The translations under genes were made by a program, and so were the position numbers. The notes beneath the pieces are model-generated. The model had not been told where the DNA came from. It searched no databases and saw nothing but the letters and a program-made list of their open reading frames with translations. From contig DASRZF010000105.1 of the NCBI GenBank assembly GCA_035686645.1, forward strand, positions 1-51,428: 51,428 bases of DNA, written 5' to 3'. Below, one piece after another: positions 20,101 to 28,476 of the stretch. The stretch is from Polyangiales bacterium. Its GTDB lineage: Bacteria; Myxococcota_A; Polyangia; Polyangiales; Houyiibacteriaceae. The stretch's first letter is position 1; every line of letters begins with the position of its first letter.

Positions 20101-20515
20101 ACCCCAACCGGTGCTGGTCGACTTCGGTCTCGCAGGTCGGCATCTGCGGCCTGGTTGCGGCACCGCGAACTACGGCGCGCCCGAGATCTGGGGCGCAGGC
20201 GATGTTTCTCAATCGATCCCGGCCGACGTGTATGCATTCGGTTGCTTGATCTTCGAAGCGTACACCGGAAAGACGTTGTTCGACGCCGGTGGCGAAGCCG
20301 CGATGATCACGCAGCACGTCACGCACGACGGAGACCCTGAGCCGGTTCTCTCCTTGCTCGAACGCCCCGAGACCCGTGAGCTCGGCGCACTGGTCGCTCG
20401 TTGCATTCGGCGCAATCCAAGCGATCGCATCACCATGCGCCAGGCCCGGCAGTTTCTAGCCAACTTGAGCCTTGGTGCCGCGGATCAGCATTGGCCGGTC
20501 CGCATCGCGAGCTAG
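17168..20515 (+). CDS. Ser/Thr protein kinase with a C-terminal Hanks-type kinase domain and a roughly 830-aa N-terminal region of unknown function that looks alpha-helical
   Basis: Kinase motifs GTGAVGSV, FALKV, HLDVKPSN (non-RD), DFGLAG and GAPE lie in the last ~280 aa. Start chosen at ATG 17168 (MRAANRDRLEG...), just after the divergent gene. The track ORF starts at 16940, inside that gene. Confidence 0.85.
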   Translation: MRAANRDRLEGLTVLHRLPSSEQRAAAWRQGIATLARAVVDERRPVPLEGLDPNALLQSLEVADTEGLVEQLDWISGPAAAAALYEVAAALPSSEIKRKLGRMVLQRLRKGDAATFVSVATQLALGSQRALTGKSIRARVALALSLPIGTVNNVDALALALISRQDTSRDWLRTPATGSLPSRRLAARLLERAAREAARRAAEGDDTGVRVFCTEAVREPWGRLLGDRENLVWRHVASARGLLASSMPIFREEMQRHLNPEFTITEWRRAATSLAASIAVEPDEGLRACRALLESVVFQQDHGIAAAMISGLPRAAESHPVAVEALLEQLVRVGGLDVAEALVELRREQVHPGFAEEAARKAETHLRKAIAQGGNEDLGRTALMKSLADELHGARRSSEPALRDMLSQALQTFANQGAYEAAREAPSILEAAGRKAKLLEKPTAGDPSSSIDSFLALRELDSALFETSALNDLLLVGEDDAGSAIHDERLGDLFQKVTNWLIIREGDPLQEGAQVPQFTTRLRQLRTMLHLVDADGPSVDSRRDLVRQRRLLTQRVLLNRVRHDPKSSLRRTLCAATARACDALVREDIADVSDVVIAAAGNVPDLDDLKTMAEASMVPEVESALRAYAKLQQASRTAQRDRQGLMAATDALKAIGNDLPVARSAHIEAFRRSLSLLASGLRSAAASSSLAEVAERSSGTPLSKLERGVATMAQLVSGSRRRLGASVGDAFPSSAEAVWAMGLELERALRASMSELDQASSDAVSATARDLPGAFGEITGAVLRHLGALPLDGPRRAPSIAPLELDADASLPAWAPPSRIIGGFHLVRTVGTGAVGSVFVARRVEEGQDDSAPVFALKVPDYSAAAARTLSEDEFLRLFREEAGALLALPEHPNIARFVTFDAGARPKPILVMELVEGPSLERMLEMGDLSLGRARELLLGVGAGLDAMHQVGVAHLDVKPSNIIVRNANAITGVGQPPQPVLVDFGLAGRHLRPGCGTANYGAPEIWGAGDVSQSIPADVYAFGCLIFEAYTGKTLFDAGGEAAMITQHVTHDGDPEPVLSLLERPETRELGALVARCIRRNPSDRITMRQARQFLANLSLGAADQHWPVRIAS

Positions 20516-20576
20516 AGCGCCCCCCTTAACGCGAAGCGGGCCCCAGACCAAAGCCTGGAACCCGCCGCGCCGTCTC

Positions 20577-20600
20577 AGCGCCCAGGGGCGCTTTCTTGTT
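20577..20600 (+). terminator. possible intrinsic terminator downstream of the kinase gene
   Basis: AGCGCC-CAGG-GGCGCT hairpin (6-bp stem, 4-nt loop) followed by TTCTTGTT, in the 93-bp convergent gap. Confidence 0.35.
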
Positions 20601-20608
20601 CCGGGGTG

Positions 20609-22423
20609 TTACTCGCTAACCTCGGTCTCGGTCGCGGCATCCTCGGGTCCCGTGTCGACGATGTGGAACTCCACGCGTCGGTTCTGCGCGAGCTCTTCCT
20701 TCGTCTTGGCATCCGGCACCAGCGGCCTCGTAGGTCCAAAGCCCTCCGAAATCAGGCGCGCTTTGTCCACTTTGCCGCGCCCAACGAGGTAGCGAACGAC
20801 CGTGTTCGCCCGGTTCGTGGACAGCCGCATGTTGTACTTGAGGTTGCCCGTCGAATCGCTGTGTCCTTCGACTCGGATGAGAGGGATCTCAGGGTGTGCG
20901 TTCATGACCTGCGCCACGTTGTCGAGCAGCGCGAAAGAGCGCGGCTGGAGCTTGGCACTTCCGGTCTTGAAATAGACCATCTCGAGAATCTCGAGCTGGT
21001 CTGCGCCGATCACGACCAGTTGAGCTAGCTGACAGCCGTGGTTCTCCACGGTGCCAGGCTCGTCCGGGCAGTTGTCGACACGGTCGGGAACGCCGTCGCC
21101 ATCGCGATCCGGATCTGGACAGCCGTTGTTCTCCAGCGTGCCAGGCTCGTTCGGACACTGGTCATCGACATCGAGAATCCCGTCGCCATCATTGTCCGGA
21201 TCAGGACATCCGTCCTCGTCCTGGAAGCCATCGATGTCTTCTGCATCGTTCGGACACCCATCGTCGGCGTCGAGGACGCCATCGCCATCGTTGTCAGGAT
21301 CGGGACAGCCATCCTCGTCCTGAAAGCCGTCGAAGTCCTCCGGCTCGTTCGGACACTGATCGACGTCGTCGAGAATCCCATCGCCGTCAGCATCGAGGAT
21401 GGGCTCTTCGCCCGGCATCGTGTAGCCGATCATGCCAACGCCACGCCAGTCCGGAGCGCCGTAACCAGGGGCCACACCTGCGCTGCCTGAAACACCGACC
21501 ACGAAACCCTTGGGGTGCAAGTACTTGAAGCCGCCGAGCACCTCGACCGGGGTCTCTTCGCGGGTCCAGAACGGCACCGTGCTGTTTGCCGCGGTTCGTC
21601 CGAAGGCCTCAGCCGAAATCATGAACTTGTCCTGCGCGATCATGAACAGAAGACCGCCTCCGAACGTGAATTCGTTGCCGACGAAGAGGTCGGGTGCGAC
21701 CGTCTGACCCTGCGTGCCGAGCTTGTAACCAACCTGGATCGGGATACGGACCACGTCGCCCGCATTGAAGGTCATCAAGAGCTCGAACCAACCGCCGAGG
21801 TAAGGCTTCTTGTCGACCTGACCGGCGTACTTTTGTTGGTCGTCGGAGAGCGACGAGGTGTTGATCGTCATCGTCGCCTGCAGGGCAAGCTGGAACACGT
21901 CATGCCTATTGCCGATGATGTTGCCGCGTGCGCCAAAGTAGACGTCCCCGAAATGCCCGCCGTTCGGAAGAAGGTAGCCAAACGGGCCCGACGCTCCTCC
22001 GGGCAGTGCATCTCCCGCCCCTTGTCCGGAGTCGATGATGAAGTGATAGGGGATGTCCATGTAGATCACGAGGTGATCCCAGAGGCCCAAGTTCCAATTG
22101 ATGTGGCCGGTCAGCTGCCGGTGCACGACCGAAGATGTGTTCCCGGTGCCCTGATCTTGGAATACCAGCGCATCATCGTTGTAATCCATGTAGATCATGA
22201 TGCCGAAGCGCTTGTGGCCCTGGCCATCCGCCGTGCTGGACGCGAAACCATCGGTCGCGAGCTCGGCAGGCCTGTACTGATTCAGGTCGATCTGGGTTGA
22301 TCCCTGCTGGGCGGAGACGCCCGATGCAGCACCCGACGCAGCCACGAACATCGCAAGCAGCGGTGCGACCCAACCCCGGTTCGACTCTCTTAGGTCATCG
22401 CTCTTCTTCACGCGGTCCTCCAT
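20609..22423 (-). CDS. OmpA-family outer-membrane protein with thrombospondin type-3 (Ca-binding) repeats
   Basis: Signal peptide and beta-strand-rich N-terminal half. Six to seven DxDxDGxxDxxDxCP repeats. C-terminal OmpA/MotB domain (FKTGSAKL...VEGHSDSTG...YN..LS..RA..V..YL). Confidence 0.9.
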   Translation of the reverse strand: MEDRVKKSDDLRESNRGWVAPLLAMFVAASGAASGVSAQQGSTQIDLNQYRPAELATDGFASSTADGQGHKRFGIMIYMDYNDDALVFQDQGTGNTSSVVHRQLTGHINWNLGLWDHLVIYMDIPYHFIIDSGQGAGDALPGGASGPFGYLLPNGGHFGDVYFGARGNIIGNRHDVFQLALQATMTINTSSLSDDQQKYAGQVDKKPYLGGWFELLMTFNAGDVVRIPIQVGYKLGTQGQTVAPDLFVGNEFTFGGGLLFMIAQDKFMISAEAFGRTAANSTVPFWTREETPVEVLGGFKYLHPKGFVVGVSGSAGVAPGYGAPDWRGVGMIGYTMPGEEPILDADGDGILDDVDQCPNEPEDFDGFQDEDGCPDPDNDGDGVLDADDGCPNDAEDIDGFQDEDGCPDPDNDGDGILDVDDQCPNEPGTLENNGCPDPDRDGDGVPDRVDNCPDEPGTVENHGCQLAQLVVIGADQLEILEMVYFKTGSAKLQPRSFALLDNVAQVMNAHPEIPLIRVEGHSDSTGNLKYNMRLSTNRANTVVRYLVGRGKVDKARLISEGFGPTRPLVPDAKTKEELAQNRRVEFHIVDTGPEDAATETEVSE

Positions 22424-22559
22424 TCAGATCCTTGGGCGAGCGGAAGCCCCCCGAAATCCCCGATAGTCTCGCCCCTAGGTACCACCACGGTAAAAAAAAG
22501 GGCTGAAATAAGTGCTCCAGAAGCCGCTGCCATAGAAAGAATCCGCTAGGATCACATCC

Positions 22560-23918
22560 ATGCCTCCAAGGGCTCGATACCGCACGGCGCCGGCCCCCAC
22601 GCGAGGGATGCCGAGCGGAATCCCCTACATCGTCGGGAATGAAGCCGCCGAGCGGTACAGCTACTACGGCATGCGAGCGATTTTGGTCATTTTCATGACC
22701 AAGTTCCTGATGAACGCGCAGGGCGAGCTCGACCTCATGTCGGACGATCAGGCCAGGACCTGGTTTCACGCTTTCGTCACCGCCGTGTACTTCTTCCCCA
22801 TCTTCGGGGCGATCATCGCCGACGCATTTCTCGGCAAGTATCGAACGATCTTGCTCCTGTCGGTCGTCTACTGTCTGGGTCATCTGACCCTTGCAGTCGA
22901 CGACACGCGAATCGGGCTCGCCGTGGGACTCGGCCTCATTGCGGTCGGATCCGGCGGGATCAAGCCGTGCGTCTCCGCGCACGTAGGAGACCAGTTCGGG
23001 CCGACGAATGCGCGTCTCTTGCCCAAGGTGTTCGGCTGGTTCTACTTCGCGATCAACGTCGGCGCGCTCGCTTCCATTCTGTTTGCAGAGCCGCTTCTCC
23101 ACCGCTTCGGCCCATCGGTCGCGTTTGGTGTGCCCGGCGTCTTGATGGCGCTGGCAACGCTCGTGTTTTGGATGGGAAGAAACGAATTCGTCCACATACC
23201 GCCGGGGGGAGTCGCGTTCTTGCGCGAGGTGTTCAGTCGCGGCGGGCTCATGGCCCTCGGCAAGCTCTTCATCGTCTACACCTTCATCGCCATGTTCTGG
23301 GCGCTCTTCGATCAGCAGGGCTCGTCCTGGGTCCTTCAAGCGCAGCGGATGGATCGGCACTTCATCGTGGACTGGGACCCTTCACAGGCGCAATGGCTCA
23401 ACCCCGCGCTGGTGCTTCTCTTCATTCCGCTCTTCAACCGGGTGATCTATCCGGCGTTTGATCGATTCTGGCCGCTCACTCCGCTGCGAAAGATCTCACT
23501 CGGCTTGTTCCTGACGGTACCCGCATTTTTGCTACCGGCCTGGCTGGAGGCGAGACTCGATGCTGGAGAATCCGTCAACATCGTCTGGCAGCTCGGTGGC
23601 TACATCATCATGACCGGCGCCGAGATTCTCGTCTCGATCACCGCCCTTGAGTTCTCGTACACGCAGGCGCCAAGACACATGAAATCACTGGTCATGGGCG
23701 CGTTTCTCATGAGCGTCTCGATCGGCAATTTCTTCACCGCGGCGGTGAACTACTTCATCCAGAATCCGGATGGCAGCAGCAAACTGGATGGAGACTCGTA
23801 CTATTTGTTCTTCGCCGCTGCGATGGGCGTGACTGCCGTTCTTTTCGTGCCGGTTGCAGTCTGGTTCAAGGAGCGAACCTACATTCAAGAAGAGGCGCCA
23901 AACGAGGCGGTGCTATGA
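22560..23918 (+). CDS. POT/PTR2-family proton-dependent oligopeptide transporter
   Basis: GNEAAERYSYYGMRAILVIFM (PTR2 signature region), ...GSGGIKPCVSA..GDQF, about 12 TM segments. An alternative start at Met-16 is possible. Confidence 0.85.
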   Translation: MPPRARYRTAPAPTRGMPSGIPYIVGNEAAERYSYYGMRAILVIFMTKFLMNAQGELDLMSDDQARTWFHAFVTAVYFFPIFGAIIADAFLGKYRTILLLSVVYCLGHLTLAVDDTRIGLAVGLGLIAVGSGGIKPCVSAHVGDQFGPTNARLLPKVFGWFYFAINVGALASILFAEPLLHRFGPSVAFGVPGVLMALATLVFWMGRNEFVHIPPGGVAFLREVFSRGGLMALGKLFIVYTFIAMFWALFDQQGSSWVLQAQRMDRHFIVDWDPSQAQWLNPALVLLFIPLFNRVIYPAFDRFWPLTPLRKISLGLFLTVPAFLLPAWLEARLDAGESVNIVWQLGGYIIMTGAEILVSITALEFSYTQAPRHMKSLVMGAFLMSVSIGNFFTAAVNYFIQNPDGSSKLDGDSYYLFFAAAMGVTAVLFVPVAVWFKERTYIQEEAPNEAVL

Positions 23919-25639
23919 GTATCATCGAGCAAGCGAGAAGCTGGATCGCAAGCGATCCGGATCCAGAAACACGTCGGGAGCTAGAGGCTCTGCTCGCCCT
24001 CAACGACGTCGCCGCACTCGAAGAGCGCTTCGCTGGACCTCTTCAGTTTGGAACCGCCGGACTTCGCGGCCTGCTCGGCGCCGGTCCGTCTCGAATGAAT
24101 CGAGTGACGGTGGCGCGCGCAACCTCAGGGTACGCATCTTGGCTGATGAAGCAGGTGCCCGATGCCAGCTCGCGCGGCATCGTCGTGGGTCGCGATGCAC
24201 GACGCAATAGCGATGCGTTCGAGCGGGAAGTCATCGAAGTTCTGGCCGGATCCGGCGTTCCCGTCTGGGTCTTCGAGGACGTCATCCCGACTCCGGTCCT
24301 GGCCTTCGCCGTATTGAAGCTACGCGCAGCAGGCGGGGTGATGATCACCGCGAGCCACAACCCACCGGGGTACAACGGCTACAAGGTGTACTGGGAGAAC
24401 GCAGCTCAGATCATACCCCCTCACGATCAGGGGATCGCTGGGGAGATTGAGCTCGCCCCCTCGGCGCTCGAGATCCCGCGCATTTCGCTCGAAGACGCAG
24501 AACGCCGAGGATTGCTTCGCAAGGCCGACGCAATGCGCGGGGAATACATCGAGGAGATGGCGTCTGAGGTAAGGCGAGGCCAACGTGGGCCCGAGCTTCG
24601 AATCGCGTACACGGCACTCCACGGGGTCGCCGAAAGCACCTTCCGAGCGCTGATGGCTCGCGCGGGCTTCGACGACGTTCAAAGCGTGAGCGAGCAGTCG
24701 GTGCCTGATGGAACCTTTCCGACCGTCGCATTTCCAAATCCAGAGGAACCGGGAGCGATGGACCGGGTTCTCGATTTGGCGCAGCGCATCGATGCCGACC
24801 TTGCGATCGCAAACGACCCTGATGGTGACCGGGTTGGAGTCGCGGTTCGCTGCGAGACGGGCTTTGAAATTCTGTCCGGAAACGAGATCGGCATTTTGCT
24901 CGCGGACGACCTGCTCTCTGTCCGAAAGCGATCCGGGCAGCCGCTCGTGATCTCCACCATCGTGAGCAGCCCGATGATGGGTCCGGTCGCGGCAAGTCAC
25001 GGAGCCCGTTGGGAGCAAACGCTGAGCGGTCACAAGTGGATCCAAAACCGTGCGCTCGAGCTGATGGAACAAGGTCTAGACTATGTTTTCGGCTACGAGG
25101 AGGCGCTCGGGTATGCGCCATCCCTGGCGGTGCGCGACAAAGATGGAATCAGCTCGGCTCTGAGAATCGCCGACATGGCGTCGCGGCTCAAAGCCCGGGG
25201 CGAAACCTTGCTGGATGCGAGAGACGAGCTCTGGGGCAAGCACGGGTTCTTCGCCGATCGACAGCTCTCCGTGAAGTTCGAGGGCGCCGCGGCTCAAGGG
25301 CGCATGAATGCAGTGGTAAATCGGTTTCGGGATTCGATCCCGGACCGTATTGGCGGACTCGCAGTCCTCCGAATGCTGGACCTCGAGCGGCAGCTGCAGT
25401 GGACGCCGCTTGGAATGAGGCCGTTCGCCGATCTTCCTCGGAGCAACGTGCTGGTATTCGAGCTGCAGGGCGGGCATCGGCTGATGCTTCGACCGAGCGG
25501 CACCGAACCGAAGCTCAAGTACTATTTTTACGCAGTGGCGCCTCATCGCGCCGACGGCGGACTCAGCGCTTCCAAGGCAAGCGCGCTCGCCGTGCTCGAT
25601 CGCATGGTCGAATACGTCAGGGATGCCAGCGATTGCTGA
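23915..25639 (+). CDS. phosphoglucomutase/phosphomannomutase-family phospho-sugar mutase
   Basis: Active-site loop ITASHNPPGYNGYKVY, metal loop ANDPDGDRVG and sugar loop GYEEALGY. Its ATG overlaps the POT gene stop (ATGA). Confidence 0.9.
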   Translation: MSIIEQARSWIASDPDPETRRELEALLALNDVAALEERFAGPLQFGTAGLRGLLGAGPSRMNRVTVARATSGYASWLMKQVPDASSRGIVVGRDARRNSDAFEREVIEVLAGSGVPVWVFEDVIPTPVLAFAVLKLRAAGGVMITASHNPPGYNGYKVYWENAAQIIPPHDQGIAGEIELAPSALEIPRISLEDAERRGLLRKADAMRGEYIEEMASEVRRGQRGPELRIAYTALHGVAESTFRALMARAGFDDVQSVSEQSVPDGTFPTVAFPNPEEPGAMDRVLDLAQRIDADLAIANDPDGDRVGVAVRCETGFEILSGNEIGILLADDLLSVRKRSGQPLVISTIVSSPMMGPVAASHGARWEQTLSGHKWIQNRALELMEQGLDYVFGYEEALGYAPSLAVRDKDGISSALRIADMASRLKARGETLLDARDELWGKHGFFADRQLSVKFEGAAAQGRMNAVVNRFRDSIPDRIGGLAVLRMLDLERQLQWTPLGMRPFADLPRSNVLVFELQGGHRLMLRPSGTEPKLKYYFYAVAPHRADGGLSASKASALAVLDRMVEYVRDASDC

Positions 25640-26069
25640 GCAATGCGCGCGCCAATGCGTCCCAGGCTTGAGAGGCGCGGTAGAGTTTTTCCGCGTCGCG
25701 CGTGACCCCGCGATGCCAGGGCAGAGGAGGACGCCCGTAAGAGTTCGGCGCCGGCAACTCTGCGCTGAGCTCCTCGGCCTGCTGCGCGCACGCCTGGGAT
25801 TGACGAAGGCAGATATCGACGATGTCGTCGACCGGTGTCACGAGGTGAGGGGAGATTTCGATGTCGACCACCTCGGCGAAATCGCGCGAGCTGACGCCGG
25901 CGAGCCAAAGGGCGCGCTCGATGTCACTGCCTTGCGCCGCCGGCGATCGCCTGGACCATGATTGTGGTCGCAACTCGCGAATGTCCGAATGATATGCGGG
26001 ACGCCCTTCGACGGGTTCGGATGCTTGAGGGGCCGGCTGAAGCCAGGCCGCGATTCGCGCGCGAAGCAT
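25617..26069 (-). CDS. hypothetical protein (150 aa), third gene of the PP2C-FHA operon
   Basis: ATG 26069 with GAGG 8 nt upstream, 46 nt after the FHA gene stop. By eye, third-position GC is higher in this frame than in the opposing track ORF 25623..25961(+). No recognisable domain. Confidence 0.5.
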   Translation of the reverse strand: MLRARIAAWLQPAPQASEPVEGRPAYHSDIRELRPQSWSRRSPAAQGSDIERALWLAGVSSRDFAEVVDIEISPHLVTPVDDIVDICLRQSQACAQQAEELSAELPAPNSYGRPPLPWHRGVTRDAEKLYRASQAWDALARALLSNRWHP

Positions 26070-26115
26070 GGACTGCCTCACTTGTCGCGGACCGCCTGCG
26101 TTGACGTCAAATAAG

Positions 26116-26700
26116 CTACTGGAGCGAGGCTCTGAGGATGATCGCGAGGGCGACCAAGAGAACGACGCCAGCCGCGCCCCAGAGAACAACGGAGCTTCGG
26201 CGTCGCCGGCTGTCTCTCGAAATAGACTCGGGCGGTTCCGAGAACCGAAGGCTTTCGGGAAGCAAGTCCTGGCGCGCCACGAGGTCTTCGAGACGTGTCG
26301 CCGTCGTGATCGGCATGGCGAGCGGATCGAATCGCGGTTCGCGACTCGCGGCGTCTGAGGGCGCGTTTACCGACGGGCGCTTGCTGCTCGGACGCACGCC
26401 CACCGATGCGATCTCCAGCATGGGGCCACCGCGGCCGAGCTCGATCTCGTCGCCGTCGTTGAGGGCAGCATGCTTGATCCGCTGTCCATTGAGCCAGGTG
26501 CCGTTTCGGCTGCCCGTATCGATGAGAAGGTAACGGCCATCTTCATTGCGGATCTCGGCGTGACGTCCGGAGGCGTCCAAGTCGACTTCCGGATCGAAGT
26601 TCACATCGCTATCCGGCATCCGGCCAATGCGAATGAGATCTTGTTCGAACTCGAATTCACGTCCGGCGTCGGCGCCCTTGATTTGGCGAAGTCGGATCAT
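26116..26700 (-). CDS. FHA-domain protein with C-terminal transmembrane anchor
   Basis: FHA core: IRIGRMPDSDVNFD....SGRHAEI......YLLIDTGSRNGTWLNGQRI. C-terminal TM: VVLWGAAGVVLLVALAIIL. Only 9 nt separate it from the PP2C stop codon. Confidence 0.85.
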   Translation of the reverse strand: MIRLRQIKGADAGREFEFEQDLIRIGRMPDSDVNFDPEVDLDASGRHAEIRNEDGRYLLIDTGSRNGTWLNGQRIKHAALNDGDEIELGRGGPMLEIASVGVRPSSKRPSVNAPSDAASREPRFDPLAMPITTATRLEDLVARQDLLPESLRFSEPPESISRDSRRRRSSVVLWGAAGVVLLVALAIILRASLQ

Positions 26701-26709
26701 GATCGCGCC

Positions 26710-28188
26710 TCAATCCGTTGGCGGAATGAGAACCACTTCCCTCGGCGACCCGGGTTCCACCAAGACGTCCTTTCCAACGTGAGTCCCATCGACCTCGCGA
26801 GCCTCGAAGTAATATGCGCCAGGAGCGAGCCGAAGTAGGATTGCCTCTTCGAGGCGCACAGGGCCATAGCTTCGGCCGTTGACGAAAAGCTCACCGCTTT
26901 CGAGTGCCGCACGGACTTCGACCTCGACCGGAATCTGAGAGTCGGTGTACGCAGGTAGTGGTGGCTGCGTCAGGGCACCCGTAGAAACGCCGCGTCGACC
27001 CGCGCTCACGACCGTGATCACCGCTGCCAAGCCGAGTAAGGCGAGTACCGATGCGGCGGTCGACCAGGAGAAAGAACCATGCGTGCCTGGCTCGGATGGT
27101 ACTGTCGCTGGATCCGGGCGCTGCGGCGACATCGCGCGGGGTACCATACTTCTAACCACATGCGGCAAGCTCGGCCCTCCGGCGGGGCGGCCGTCCTTGC
27201 CGCGTGGCAACGGGTATTGTTGGTAGAACGGAATCGCTCCGGCTTCGGGCGGCTCGAGCGCATCGCCATCGAAGTCGGCAACGATGCAGGTCACGTTGTC
27301 ATGACCTCCTGCGGCATTTGCGAGCTCGATGAGCCGGTCGGCGAGCTGCGGAAGTGGCCCGATGCAGGCCATCTCCTCCTCAATCGTGGTGTCGTGGACC
27401 AGTCCGCTGAGGCCATCGGAGCACAGAAGCAACCGGTCTCCACGGCGGAGCTCCACGAAAGTGAGATCCACGGCAACCTGCTCGGTCGTACCCAGGGCCT
27501 GTAGGATGATGTTGGAGTGCTCGAACGCCTCGGCTTCTTCTTCGGTGAGCTGGCCGGCTTCGATCAGTTGATTGACGAGCGACTGATCCTTCGTGATCAG
27601 GCTCAAGCGGCCGTTCCTGAGGATGTAACAACGGGAGTCTCCGACCTGCCCCATGAACAGCACTTTGTCGACGAGTCCAGCTACGGTCGCAGTGGTTCCC
27701 ATACCCCGTCGAGTTCGATCCTTCTTGGCAGCGAGGAAGATCCGAGCACCGGCATCTTCGATCGAGTCGACGAGACGCCTGGCGAAACTGTCGCGATCCT
27801 TCGGCGGCTCATTGCCCCTCAATTTCTCGAAGAGCGTGTCCACCGCCATGTGACTTGCAACCTCGCCAGCGGCAGCGCCTCCCATGCCGTCGCAGACGGC
27901 CATCGCCATGCCCCTGTCTGATACGGTTCCCGACACCTCTTGCTCACCTGCAAACGGACCGGTCTCGGCGCTGAGATCGCCAACCATGAAGTTGTCTTCG
28001 TTGTGCTCCCGGATGAGCCCTACGTCGGTCTTGCCGAAAATCGTGAAGTGGAGACCTTCGGGCACCGGCTCCGAGGCTGCTCCGCGGCCCGGACTCCCGC
28101 TGTCCGCACTGGTTGTGGGAGCCAGCGTTTCCTCACCCTCACTCGGACTCGACCGATCATCACCATTTCGGTGCGCGTCGCCGCTCAT
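26710..28188 (-). CDS. PP2C-family Ser/Thr phosphatase with a TM segment and an extracytoplasmic PEGA-like domain
   Basis: PP2C motifs: GKTDVGLIREHNEDNF, AVCDGMGGAAAGEVAS, QVGDSRCY, LLLCSDGL, GGHDNVTCIV. TM: AASVLALLGLAAVITVV. C-terminal domain: LFVNGRSYGP...LAPGAYYFEA. ATG 28188; the upstream 81 codons of the track ORF look non-coding. Confidence 0.85.
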   Translation of the reverse strand: MSGDAHRNGDDRSSPSEGEETLAPTTSADSGSPGRGAASEPVPEGLHFTIFGKTDVGLIREHNEDNFMVGDLSAETGPFAGEQEVSGTVSDRGMAMAVCDGMGGAAAGEVASHMAVDTLFEKLRGNEPPKDRDSFARRLVDSIEDAGARIFLAAKKDRTRRGMGTTATVAGLVDKVLFMGQVGDSRCYILRNGRLSLITKDQSLVNQLIEAGQLTEEEAEAFEHSNIILQALGTTEQVAVDLTFVELRRGDRLLLCSDGLSGLVHDTTIEEEMACIGPLPQLADRLIELANAAGGHDNVTCIVADFDGDALEPPEAGAIPFYQQYPLPRGKDGRPAGGPSLPHVVRSMVPRAMSPQRPDPATVPSEPGTHGSFSWSTAASVLALLGLAAVITVVSAGRRGVSTGALTQPPLPAYTDSQIPVEVEVRAALESGELFVNGRSYGPVRLEEAILLRLAPGAYYFEAREVDGTHVGKDVLVEPGSPREVVLIPPTD

Positions 28189-28416
28189 TGAGCCCCCGCC
28201 TCTATCCACTGACCCCACCAAGACACCATAACGATACAGCCTATCGCCATGCTGTCGAAATCTCCACCGCTTCCGGGGCTCCCACCCCTTGGATTTAGGG
28301 GCGATTAGTGGAACGAAGAGCGAGCCCGCAGGGAGATCGACCCGGGCAGAGCTCTCCGGAGCACTGGGCTCGCCTACTCTATTCGCACTCGGAGTGCAGA
28401 TAGCGGACAGACAAGA

Positions 28417-28444
28417 TTGACAGCACCCCACCCTCTCTTATAGT
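28417..28444 (+). promoter_or_regulatory. near-consensus sigma-70-type promoter for the acidic-protein gene
   Basis: TTGACA (28417-28422), 16-nt spacer, TATAGT (28439-28444). GAGG at 28466-28469 lies 7 nt before ATG 28477. Confidence 0.5.
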
Positions 28445-28476
28445 AGCGCCGATTCGACTCGCTTTGAGGTGTTCTG

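Noticed and set aside
21050-21400. Regularly spaced short repeats, which could be mistaken for a CRISPR-like array
   Set aside because: They are in-frame thrombospondin type-3 DxDxDGxxDxxD repeats inside the OmpA-family gene. No repeat-spacer structure with unique spacers and no cas genes are present. The same reasoning applies to the 141-bp repeats at 31299-31718.
25623-25961. Plus-strand ORF (112 aa) opposite the 150-aa hypothetical gene
   Set aside because: By eye, third-position GC is clearly lower than in the minus frame. It would overlap the phosphomutase 3' end in the same direction with no SD, whereas the minus ORF has an SD and operon context. The choice remains only moderately confident.
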